From NCBI GenBank assembly GCA_002633005.1, contig NMRA01000566.1, forward strand, positions 161,654-225,653: DNA of 64,000 nucleotides, in the 5' to 3' direction. The DNA is from Phoronis australis (lineage: Eukaryota; Animalia; Phoronida). The position numbers and the translations under genes were made by a program. Shown one piece after another: positions 43,801 through 54,900 of this stretch (within the stretch, counting starts at the first letter, position 1; every line of letters begins with the position of its first letter). The notes beneath the pieces are model-generated. The model was not told where the DNA came from. It searched no databases and saw only the letters and a program-made list of their open reading frames with translations.

Positions 43801-44285
43801 GATTTTTTGTTGCTCAGTCATCAAGACTAACTCTTTAACTGTATGTTCAAAACGTCACATAAGGCTACAAGGTGTTTTATGGCAGTAAGAAGGTCACAAA
43901 AATGGTCACTAAAATTAGCCCCAAAAAGTGGTCTGTGGATTATCTTCCCTGTCTAGCACAAAACTGTCAGATTTTGATAAATGGCACAGAATTATGTACA
44001 GTATACGTTGGTTATTTCAGCCACCAGAATATAGGTTTTGATCTATTTTGTATGCTACTCTTTTTTGTTGATGAAAAATGCGATTTTTGAGACGGCTAAT
44101 ATGCCCAATTGTGCCATTTTGTGTGATCATGCTCCAGCGGCGAAATTTGAGGTCATTGAGTGCACAAAATTTGGCATTTGGGTTTATGTTAGGATACCTA
44201 CCCATGTACAAAAAATGAAGTTGTTTTAAATTTTGACGTATAGACTGATTTTTGAAAATCTACTGGTTTTTATATGGACTGTCTC
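40874..44285 (-). mobile_element. Sola3-type DNA transposon, internally deleted and degenerate
   Basis: GAG...CTC termini, TTAA on both flanks, imperfect TIR GAGnnnnTCCATATAAAAACCA..GTCTATAC; internal transposase remnants. Confidence 0.75.
42180..43170 (-). pseudogene. Sola3 transposase remnant
   Basis: S(G)NAGCYH..RYDFSESQNGKDLCDRKIA..EGNNI..LKEAI and, further downstream, G*ALKK..TKFSAKVKNFLTNIFDEGDKSGK with a stop and frameshifts. Confidence 0.75.
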
Positions 44286-45170
44286 TTAAAGTGTTCTCGT
44301 CGACGTCGAAGCAACCGTCGTTGCAAACCAAAGAGCTCACATGCAGGCCCTCTGAGTGACCTGTCTCATACTCATGAATCGTTCACAAATTTGTGCAATT
44401 TCCTGACAAGGGAATTCTCTCGTGGAACTACAGAGAAAGTGCCACAGCGTGATTGAAAGCCCCGCTTTAGCAAAAATGTCTCAAAATAGCGCAAAAGTGC
44501 TGAGCGCAAATCAAATAACTTGGACACCCGATGGAAAAACAAATATCGTGCGTGTGTTTTGTCGTCCACGCTGGCACGTCACGTGGGATAGTAAATAACA
44601 AGTCAGCGGCTAATACATTTACTGCAGAATTTCGATATGCTTTGAAGTGTTGATACCAACTATTATTTTACACTCGAAAATGGTGTTGAGTAACACTTTA
44701 AAGTACTAACTGCAAGCTAGTCGATGTATTTTTGATTTCGAAAAAGTTAAACATAAACTGAAAAAATACTATTTGATAAATTTGGCACTGCATTGTTATT
44801 ATTTTACACTGATTTTGAAACATTTTTTCATGTAATCTAGTATAAGTCACAGAAAGTCAACAATGTGTCTGTAGGTATGAGGGTTAACTGAACTAGTGTA
44901 CTCAATTCCAATACTGTACACTTCTCTGAACACTTTTGATTTGTTCTATGTTGTTCTTCATTTGTCGGAACATTCCCCTGGTGAGATTGTTCCGACCACC
45001 TACCGCCCATATTCAACCAAGTGTTCTCACCCGTTTGTCTGATGTGTATACCTCTGGCGAACTATCATGGGCAAGTCTCGTTAGTTCAGCGTGTCTACGT
45101 ATGCCGCGTAACAAGCATTACATGCATGATGTCTAGTAAAGTGATGCCTTCGAAGTGTCACTGCATGATG

Positions 45171-45492
45171 CAGTGGCGAGTCTAGGATACCATAAGGGGG
45201 GGGGGGCAAGATGTTGCCTTAGAGAATTGGATAAAGCGCGATTGTATGCACAGGAGGCCCGAAAAGTTGCGGGGTTGGCGATGTGGACCCTGGTGTACCC
45301 AAATTTTATCGGACGACGGAGGACTAAAAAAAGGGGGGGGGACACGGTTCCGCCGCGCACTGGGCCCTCCCCCCGCTGCCATTACAAATTGGTGCACTCG
45401 ACATTTCTTCACGCTGCCGCTGTTTAATTTTCCTTGGACCAGCCAAGGAGAGGGCGGCCCCCCTGGGTCCCCCCTCCCTAAATCCGCCTATG
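45171..45492. mobile_element. GC-rich hAT-like MITE
   Basis: Starts CAGTGGCGAGTCTAGG and ends CCTAAATCCGCCTATG (imperfect inverted ends) with poly-G/C tracts; no clear TSD. Confidence 0.4.
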
Positions 45493-45819
45493 TGATGTGC
45501 TTACGAGTTTTCTACAATCCTATGAGTATTTTTGTGAGATCATCTCTGGTACACTCTCGGCGTCTACACTCAGTCTTGCTTGACAATCTCTTTACATAAC
45601 CTTCATGAAATTCACGTGGCTGGCAACTTTTCTTCTATGGATCTTAGGAAGCGCCCAATAGTTTTTGAGCCACGGTTCAGTTTGCCTGCCTCAACTTCAT
45701 TAAACATTGGCGCTTGATGGGTTTGCTTTACATTTCAAGCTCTGTGCTGCGTTCGAAAGCTACAAATGTCATTTGCTTTATTTTTTAATTTATTCCGAGT
45801 GAATCAGTTGCCCCCTCGA

Positions 45820-45959
45820 CTTGGGCGGTGCACCATATGGGGCTGAGGGGGGTATAGCAACCCATTTTTTTCAGGGTCCGGCGCCCATGGTCTATGGGCG
45901 GTGTACCACAGGGGGACTGGGGGGCTATAGCCCACTTTTTCTGTGCTACGACGCCCATG
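45820..45959. mobile_element. Two head-to-tail copies of the CATGGGCGG mini-MITE
   Basis: 45820-45889 and 45893-45959 each read TGGGCGGTG(C/T)ACCA...CGCCCATG. Confidence 0.6.
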
Positions 45960-47266
45960 CTTGCCCCACTTTTTGCTCAGCCTTGACTTACTTAAACCTT
46001 TTCTGTTTGCAAGCTGGAAGTTGAAATTTCTAGCATTAGCATTAGGAAATTCAGGTACCCAATAGAATGTTTGGGGCTGTGAAAAATCTGGCTGATTTCT
46101 TAAATCTGGAGAGTTTTGGCAGTCTAAATGAATTTAAGTGTCTCTCAGTTCTTAGAAATCGCCGTATGCAAATGTTGGCTTTTTGGCGAAAACTACTGAT
46201 TTGGAATGTTTTTTTTTCAAGCAGTTAATCGTAAAATGTGGAAGATTGACTTTGGAATCAGTTTCAATAGACTTTATGCAAGGTTTTTGAAGCCTTTGGC
46301 CCATTATACTCCTCAAAATTTCAGGATTTGTCAGTACATCGACGTGTGGAACAGACTGTTGGAGCTGACTAGACCCGGTATTTCAAGCCCCAAATCTGCG
46401 AAAACTGTTGACTGACACCTTAGTGTTCCTGTTACGCATGCCTTTAATTACTAATCATGGCACAGCTGTCTAGTATGCAGTATGAGCTGTGTTTTCACGA
46501 TCCGTGGACACAAATGTCATAATATGACATTGCCTGTCTCAGCCATGCACCAAGCTGTGCGAACATCTGTTCGTTTCTAATGGATTCCGATCCGACTAAT
46601 ATGCAAAAAGTTAACTTATCTGACTTCAGAAATAAATGATGCTCTACGGATCATCTACCCACCCTCATTTTTGCTGTAGGCTATCCCGTTCAGTTGCATT
46701 AACAGTTACGATTTTCGAATTCTATTAACAAAACACATGACCTTTCTGGCTTTCACATAATTATAACAAATCCTCAAACGTTATACTAGCGATCGGACTC
46801 GGCTTCGGCAGACTCAGCCATACAACATATCTGGCTTCACGAATTTTTGAAAAAAGCCTTCTAGTTTTTTCTAGTGAAACACGTTTTGTGAGTGCTATGA
46901 ATGACAGGGTTGCAAGGCATGGTACAAACTAAAAAATATCTATGTGTGTTGCTTGTTTAATGCGATGTTTTCATAACCGACCGGGTAAATACATTCACAA
47001 GCGAAGCCCGTAAACACGCCGGGGCTGTGTCTCGGGTCAACAAAACGATTAATTGGGTTGCGCCAACGTCCACAATGTTCACTATTTCCGCTGCACCAAG
47101 CAAGACATCTCGCCGCTGCTACGGACTTCCATTCTAAATTCACATTCCTGTTAATGTTTTGTACTTGAAATGTCTGTTATACTATGAATTACACAACAGC
47201 GACAAGCGACAAGACAAGTCAACTAACTCTGCTGGCATTACCAGGGCTGCGTTCCGTAGACTAAAG

Positions 47267-47460
47267 GGCCTTTCATACTAACGTCGACGCGTCGATGGTT
47301 TGGGGAGTTGCGGTCAGTATGAACGCTTAACTCCGGTCCTGGATCGCAGTTAAGAGCTCCAGTTAACATCGCAGTTAATAGGTGGATTTAAGACCGCAGC
47401 GTCGACGCTGCGGTGCAGTATGAACGCTTAACTCCGGTCCAATCGAAGTTATCGCCAGGT
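47267..47460. mobile_element. One end of a PIF/Harbinger-like element
   Basis: AAGGGCCTTTCATACT terminus after TAA, a direct repeat CAGTATGAACGCTTAACTCCGGTCC x2 and the palindrome ACCGCAGCGTCGACGCTGCGGT. The partner TIR was not found. Confidence 0.5.
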
Positions 47461-50115
47461 GCCACTGTTATCATCAACAGTTACAGAGTAGTGCCGTCAC
47501 TAATAACTACTTATTTTTGGGTTTAATGATAACCAATCGATTTAAAAATGAGTTTTATGTCATTTAAGTTTTTGCAAAACATAAAATTAATCACATTGTT
47601 TGTGACTTGAATTGATGATGGAAATAGAATCGGTAGTGAATATTATGATACCGGTAAAATATACGATTCAATTTTTAACCAGTTAGACAATAAGGGCGAT
47701 TTACGCCGGAAGCAATTTGGAAATAAACATTTTTGGACAAATTAAGGAACGCCCCAGACACTTCCGGTTTGTAAAGAAATTGAACAGGTACATGTAGTTA
47801 TTGTATTGTCATCCAGGCAATTCTAGAATGTGGAAAAGTATGGCAGTCGGAATGCAACAGTGTGTAAAGGTTTACAATAATCGCACGGAAGTGGTTTTTT
47901 GGGTGAAAATTGTCACATGTTTTGGATTCTTTCTCGTTCTTGATGTACATGTAGTCATCTGCGCTTGAAGAGGTTACACGCTCGTAAAAGTTGAAACAAA
48001 AACTTGGAATCGACTTTATTGGACTCTGTGCGACATTTGCAAAGTATTGGAGCGGATATACATATTTTTAGCCTTTGAACACCCTGTGAAAAAGAGAGAT
48101 GTAACTTTGTCCAAAACCACTTACGTTTAGACCGAATCATCATTTCAAGTGAAACCGGATGTAATCAATGCAGCAGTCTCTATGTATTCTATTGAGGAAA
48201 ATCCATAACTGTACTATTCCGTTACTTTCTGTCTTATTTGTACGTTTGTTGTATACTGTACATGTACATATCCAGTACATATGGTACTGGAAAAAGCTCG
48301 AATAGTATTGTGAATCGTTGTTTTGTTTGTTTGCCGTCTTGTCTTATTTCTTGTTTCAAAATAGAATTGTACAAGTTAACTCAAATCCCACGCTATGCAC
48401 AGCATGGAAATGTTTTATGCATGAATTACACGGGTGTCGCTCCCCGTAGAGTCTTCAGTCTGTGCATGCTGCGTATATTTAATTTGATTAAAAATAATTA
48501 ATGTCGTTTTCCCAAATATACAGCTGCAACAGAAGGTAAAAAATTTCATAAACATATTTTTTTTTCATCGCGTTGAATTTCGCATCTTTCCTGCAGGCTT
48601 GGCACCTGTCCGTTGAAAGGTTTACCCCAAGATATACCGGTGTCATAAAATTACGTTTTGTGTCTCAATAACAGAATCTGAAAATTGAAACTATGAGTAT
48701 TGTCATAATGTAGATATTCAATATATGGTATGAGTATGTATGGTAGGTGCACACTGCAAATTGTACAGTAAAACAATAAACATTGAAAATAATTAGCTAG
48801 TACTATTGTAATTGATTTACTGTAAACAACGTAGGACTATGATTATCAAATTGTTGAAATACAGGTCACCAGTCGACAGCAAAATGGTACAACAGCTCAG
48901 TGCTACTTGCTGCAACAGCTCAATAGTACGGAGATTGTGTAGAGTGGACTCCTCTGAAGCATTGGATCTCTGCGTTTTTCGATTTAACCATCGTCGAAAT
49001 CTTCCGGTAACAGTTGCCTCCAAAATCGTTGCTCACCCGTCCCAGATATCATTAACCAGTCTCAGAATTAGAAAACACCCTTGGCCGTTAGACTACTTTT
49101 TAGTACAGTTAAAGCTGTTGCGACTAAATTGCTGATCTTTGATCATGAAAAAGACAGACAATAAGAACGTGTTTGAATACAAAATAGTTATCATATAGTT
49201 TTCAGAAGGTTTCCAGGGATCTGAACAAAATAATCAAATTTGAAAGGGTTTCAGGAGCAATTTCTGATAGAACATTTGAAATAAAAAAATCTTCACTGTC
49301 CGTCACAGAATTGGCTGAAGTTTTACCAGTAAATTTTCATGTCTACCTCAGACGACACCAACCACCATAATACACTCATTGAACTATCCGTCTATTATTA
49401 TACCCTCCTAAAATTTTTACTTGAAGCACACAAAAATTCAGCTTAAAATGAACTATTGGTAACAGGACTACATGTAATCCGCATAAAGTACGGACTGATA
49501 TTAGATACTGTATAGGCATATTTAATGTTAATCCCCCAGTCCAAAATTGTTATTTCCCAAAAATGAAATTACCCCCTTCGTGGGTGCCCTCGTTTCGTCG
49601 TACCGCCTAATTTATGTGTAAGTACCCAAACTTAAACTATGTCAGTGGTAAAGATATAGAAAGTCGTAAAAAAGTGACTTTTGAAATTTGTGGACGCTGC
49701 ATAATGGTTACCACAATAAAGGTAAATATCTCTTCTTTTTTGATTTCATGCATAGACATTCAACTGAACATGTGCGTTTTTGGCTGCCAAGTGTCAAGTA
49801 CTTGTTATAATTGCTCAGCAATCTAAAATACCAACAGTGACTGAAAGTTTTGACTTGACTGTAGAAACTGATCGGAGTAGCGAATTTCAGTAGTGTGCGC
49901 CTTCGAAAGTCCGCAAAAACATTTATTGGGACCTGAATTATCAAAAAACAACCGTTCAGTCAAAAAAATCTTAATGGCATATATGGTGGGCGAACGGACG
50001 GGGATGGTCTAGGGAGGGGATTAATGCACCAGCACATTTCCGGCGATCCTGTCCGTGGTAGGTATTACAGGTATCACGAGGTTTTCTCGGTTGCATTACT
50101 CTATTCATCATCCCA

Positions 50116-50235
50116 ATGCCAGCGAGGTATTCCTGGTGTGCTGTGGGCTGTAACTCTAACGTGAGAAAGTTTGATAATCTGGAAAAGTACCCGCGGATGG
50201 GTGATCTGAAGTTATTCACCTTCTCGACATCATTG
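50116..50235 (+). pseudogene. THAP zinc-finger N-terminal remnant (transposon-derived)
   Basis: MPARYSWCAVGCNSN...KLFTF resembles the THAP start M-x-C-x-GC-x-N...FxFP. The conserved Trp and CxxH half is missing. Confidence 0.5.
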
Positions 50236-51537
50236 AAAGACACGGAAGTGTGTTTGAGTTCGAAAATGAGGCCACGCGCTTTTTATCTCCGGAACAAAGG
50301 AGAGTTCTATCGCCGTGTAATCCGGGATGGCCCTAATCATTTCTAGCTTTTAAAGACCTATCTATCTCAAGGGATATTTTAGTTAAAACATTTGAAATAT
50401 ATAATGAATTAGGTAACGTGACTTATTTTGTAGTGTTTTTTTTTTGTTATCTAACTTCAATTTTTTTAACGCAATTTTGTATCTCGACTAAAATCAGAAA
50501 ATTGTCGATTATTCTCGTCTATTTCCGTAACTTCAATTTCCTATACAGTAGGAAGGATCTGAATTACGACTTTGTTGTCCTTGAAAGAGTGTAATTAACG
50601 TCTGAGCTTAAAAACATGGAGGTCTTGCGGTTTGGTTATTTTTGGTTCACATTTTGGCTCAGTATATACAGAAAATGTGCTCTATTGCCCAAATGCTTAC
50701 TCATTTGTTTGGATACGAAGCATATGGAATTTAACGTAATGGTAGGCTGAAATGGTGAATAAGTCACACTTGCTGCAACCAACGCTAAGTGTCCTCACTA
50801 ATCGCAAGTTACGCTTTGGAATTTCGGCCAAAGGAGTCGATTTGGTAAGAACTTGGAAGAAAAAAATCTTTCTGTTTCCAAGATTGTGTTTTTTCATCGC
50901 GCTAGCGTGAAATTGGGTTCAAAACTAGCTACCGTTGTGTGCGACACGTTGAAACATGAACGCTTTCTTTTCAGACTAGGAGTTTAAAGAGTTTTAACTT
51001 AAATTTTCCTATAAAACATATCACCTAATACGACTTGAAGCCCTGAAAGTAGTTTCAAAGCATTTCAAACTTGAAACGTTTTAGATTTACTTTCAAACGA
51101 CGAATTCAAATCTTTTTAAAGTACTGAAGGAGTTTTCAAGGGTTTGAAAATGTGACAAAGACCTAAAACGTATAATAGGTCATGTATTTAATATCTCCTT
51201 TAGCTTAAAGCAGGGCTTACTAGCCTTTTAAAGAAAAAAAAAGTTGCGAAAGGACAAACAGTAGGGTGATCTTTGCTAACTTGTCGCTGCTGAGATTATA
51301 TTGTCGCTTTAAAGATTTATTGTTCACCAAGTGGAACACAAACGCATTCATATTCAACCACTGGCAACGTTATCCAAGGACAATCCTTAGGATGACCACA
51401 TCTAACCTGGTGTTGGTTAGTTATTCTCCTGGTCACACATCTTCCGTCGAAGGGTTTCCTGTTCTTATCTAGCTCGCGGCATTCTTCTCTGAAAAGAGTA
51501 CATTAAAACAGTTATATCGCCAAAAGCGCCTTCAGGC

Positions 51538-51659
51538 CAGTGCTGTAGTGGGGCGTAGGCTTACGTACCGCTTACGCACCGTAAGTTATGTGCAGTGCTC
51601 AAGGTGATACGGTGGGCTTTGGGCGCCTACTTACGTCTAATTTTACCACTGCAGCACTG
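51538..51659. mobile_element. 122-bp hAT-like MITE
   Basis: TIR CAGTGCTG(T/C)AGTGG; 8-bp flanks CTTCAGGC / CTTTGGGC (6/8 identical). Confidence 0.6.
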
Positions 51660-51800
51660 CTTTGGGCCTTAGGTGAACATCGGGGATGGAAGCGGGGGAC
51701 GACATATAGTTCCCCCGATATTCCAATGACACAAGTATCAGTCAATTATTAGTTACTAAACAGTTTATTATTTGAAACAAATTTTAAAATTAATGTTCTT

Positions 51801-51969
51801 CTACGAAGTGTTTCGTGGTTGGTTTGAGCGATGTTTTACTGCAATGTCCTTGAAATTCAACATCCCTACAACATCGACTGAGATCAACGCCAACATCCAC
51901 GGTGAAGCTCGGTACAGTATACTGGCAGGGCGTCTGGCAGCGTTATCACTTGTGGCTTGCACACAAATT
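51801..51969 (-). CDS. Mucin-like gene candidate last exon
   Basis: attattag|A ATT TGT matches phase 2; ICVQATSDNAARRPASILYRASPWMLALISVDVVGMLNF..*; AATAAA ~30 nt after the stop. Confidence 0.5.
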
Positions 51970-54900
51970 CTAATAATTTGAATAGACTGTTGCATCATTA
52001 TTGAAATCAATTGCAATAAGTTAATTTCACTTCCTTTTTGGTAATGTGTGCGTGAAGCCAAGAGATCTCACCGAGAAACGTGGAAAAGGGAGACTGCAGA
52101 AGAACAATCTGAAACTCACTGGAGGAAATATTATCACATGATAAACTGTGGAGTACTCGACCAAAAGTCTCAGTATCCTCAAAACCCTTTAAGTAAAGAA
52201 GTATTTGCTCCCAGCTATGCAGTAGGAACTAATCGACAATGCCCTCTTAACATTTTCTGAGCTAAACAAATTGCATTTTTATTCAATGACAACTTGAAGA
52301 TGTGCAGTTTGGCCTAAAGCATCACAATATACATACATTTACATATGTATGCATACATTTATATGCATGCATTCACAAATACATTACATACATACACTCA
52401 TGCATACATATTTCATTGAAAACACGACTTTGATGTGTTTTTACTAGTTTAATTTCAGTTCTTTCCAACTCTCTAACTAGAGATCTTGTCTTTACATCAC
52501 AACTGTGCAACAAAAATCCAAAAGACATGAGTTGGTAACATAATTTACAAAGCGATATTTCGAGACACATATCTCATCTTCAGGCTACTATTTACAACTA
52601 GTTCACAGTGAAACCCACATCAGAAATGACAACTGCAATATAACACGTGAAGTTGGCATGCGCAACTATGACGATAAAAACAAATATATGCGTGTAACAG
52701 GAGTCCTTGAACTTTGTTTAGGTTTTCAGCTGTTACTTAAGCTTGGTGTCAACAGTGGTGTATGACGTTTATAAATATTTCTTTGTGGCGTATTCTTATT
52801 GGTTACTTTTTAGTGTATCGCATTTGATGCTGCGTTTGGTTTTCAGCGTTTGAGGAGGTTTCAGCCGAATTTCTTTTCAAGATAAGGCGTGTTTTGGTTT
52901 TCTCTCAAAATTCTACATTCTTTTTATAAGTCTTACCGGTCGTAGACATACTACGCTAGCCGGTAAGACAACAATTATAAAACTAACAAATTTGCACTTT
53001 ACAAAAGTATTTTTCTGATAATTTATACGGCTGATTCTCAGGTAGTTAAATGGATGGATCCGTTTTGTAAGTTATGAGTATTACTTTGACGTGTTCAACA
53101 TAAATTTTATTTCAATAGAAAAATTATTTTATGTATAACATCAACGTTCACAAATACGGGTTTTCGTTGAATCAGAGAAAACACACAACGCTGCCTAACA
53201 CCTCACAAAGTCTCTGTCACAAATATGCATACGTTGCTGTGCAACATAATCTATAGACCACCGAAATAACGAAAGAGTCCTTCGAGTTCCAGTTAGCTGC
53301 TCGTTCAAACTGGGTTTTTCAAACATTATTAGAAGCGACTCTAATGTTCGTAACCTATGTACATCATTTCCAGTGTATCTATTGACTGTATTGTCGACAA
53401 TCTCCTGGCGAGTTATTTTGCGACCATGAACGTTTTGAAGGTGGTCTTTTATGAAACCGTTTTGTAAATGCTTTGAAAGTCGCCGTGACAAGGAACACAC
53501 TGTGTGCCCAATGTAATTTTGTTTCTGATGAGGACGAAAACATTCGACCGCGGGACAAGTAAACTCATAGATTATGTTCTTTAGGACTTGTTCATCTTGT
53601 ACATAAATTTTGGACATACAGTTTTTGTAGAATAGTTTTTTAACATTACCAGTAAATCTTTGTACATGATAATGTTGTTCAACTTTTGAGACAAACCGAT
53701 TAATATGCTTATCCACAAATGAATTTGTGTAACCATTATTTATTAGAAGTTGTTTTACATGTTAGACTTCACTAATGAACAGTTTCCAGTCTGACGAAAT
53801 AGTGTGAGCTCTCTTTAAGAGATTGACTAAAACAGCTATCTTATGACGCTCAGGACAGTCACTATCAGCATGGAGACAAATACCTTTGTCAGTAGGCTTG
53901 TGATAAACTGATGTGATGAATCTTGTGTCCGAGTTGAATATAAGTAGAATCTTGTGTCCGAGTTACATATAAGTACATCTAGAAATGGAGTCTTATCATT
54001 CACAGATATTTCATGAAGGAAATTTCAATACTGAATGGTTATCAAGCACAGTCTTAAGCGATAATGTGTAGTTTACATGTACATGTATGTTCTCAGCTAT
54101 GCAGCTCCTAATACACACTTACCTGTCTACATCGCATATTGATTCCACAAACGGTATTAGCAGTTCGTAGCACTTATCAATTTTTGTTACTTTTTGGGTT
54201 GTTTTTGAGCAATTTTTAAGGGTAACGTTGTTCTGGCAATCTGTGTCTGAGCAGGTAAGGTTTGTTCCAGGGGAGGCAGTAGTTCCTGGGGAGGGAGTAG
54301 TTCCAGGAGATGTAGTTCCAGAAGATGTTGTAGTTCCAGGAAATGCTGTAGTTCCAGGAGATGCTGTAGTTCCTGGGGAGGCAGTAGTTCCAGGCATAGA
54401 AGTTCCACCACCTGGCTCCGAACAGTTGCACGTATGGCTACAGTTGCAAGTGCAATTACAAGCAACTTTGTCATGTGTATGACCAATGTCCCTTTTCTGA
54501 ACATCGGTAACTACCCCGGGCATGGACATGACCATTTTCATGAGGGTGACGTATGTCAGCAGCGTAACCTAGGTGAAAATAAATTGACATTTCTGCAAGA
54601 AAACATCGCAGAATTTCGTCAACTCATTGAGTCATTAACACTCCATCACCTGCGCTCCATCCCGAAATTTATCTTATAAAAAACGATGCTGTGTCTGTTC
54701 AACATCGTTCAATCTGAAGTGATCACTTTTATTTTGTATGTACACGAAGCTAGGTTACGTCGTCTCCACACAAAGCTAAGCCTTTGATTTGAGTTTGGGT
54801 GCATGATCCGTGTGATAAATATAATTACAACTATTCAGATCGTAAGATTGTGACATGCTAATGCAGTTAAACTTGAATTTCTATCGTCTATAGCATTAGC

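Larger units (their letters stand above)
52400..54060 (-). mobile_element. Penelope-like retroelement (GIY-YIG endonuclease type), 5'-truncated, in partial-tandem (permuted) form
   Basis: RT C-terminus (PFLDVLI..TSVYHKPTDKG..L..RAHTISSDW..LINNGY), GIY-YIG (IIYEFTCP..NYIGHT..LSRRLSKH..LESLLI..KPSLN), 3' UTR, hammerhead, then a restart of the ORF N-terminus (MSFGFLL..VRELERTEIKLVK..VFNEIC). Confidence 0.88.

Noticed and set aside
52284-52325. TTGAAGATG...TAAAGCATC as a second hammerhead
   Set aside because: The core is broken (no CUGA, no GAAA) and stem II does not pair.
53525-53548. CTGATGAGGACGAAA hammerhead-like string on the plus strand
   Set aside because: No stem II or stem I; it lies antisense within Penelope coding sequence.
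54187-54482. Alternative-frame repeat ORFs (LELQHL.., WNY.., VVPG..)
   Set aside because: Shadow frames of the PGTT repeat; splice phase and the signal peptide support the PGTT frame.
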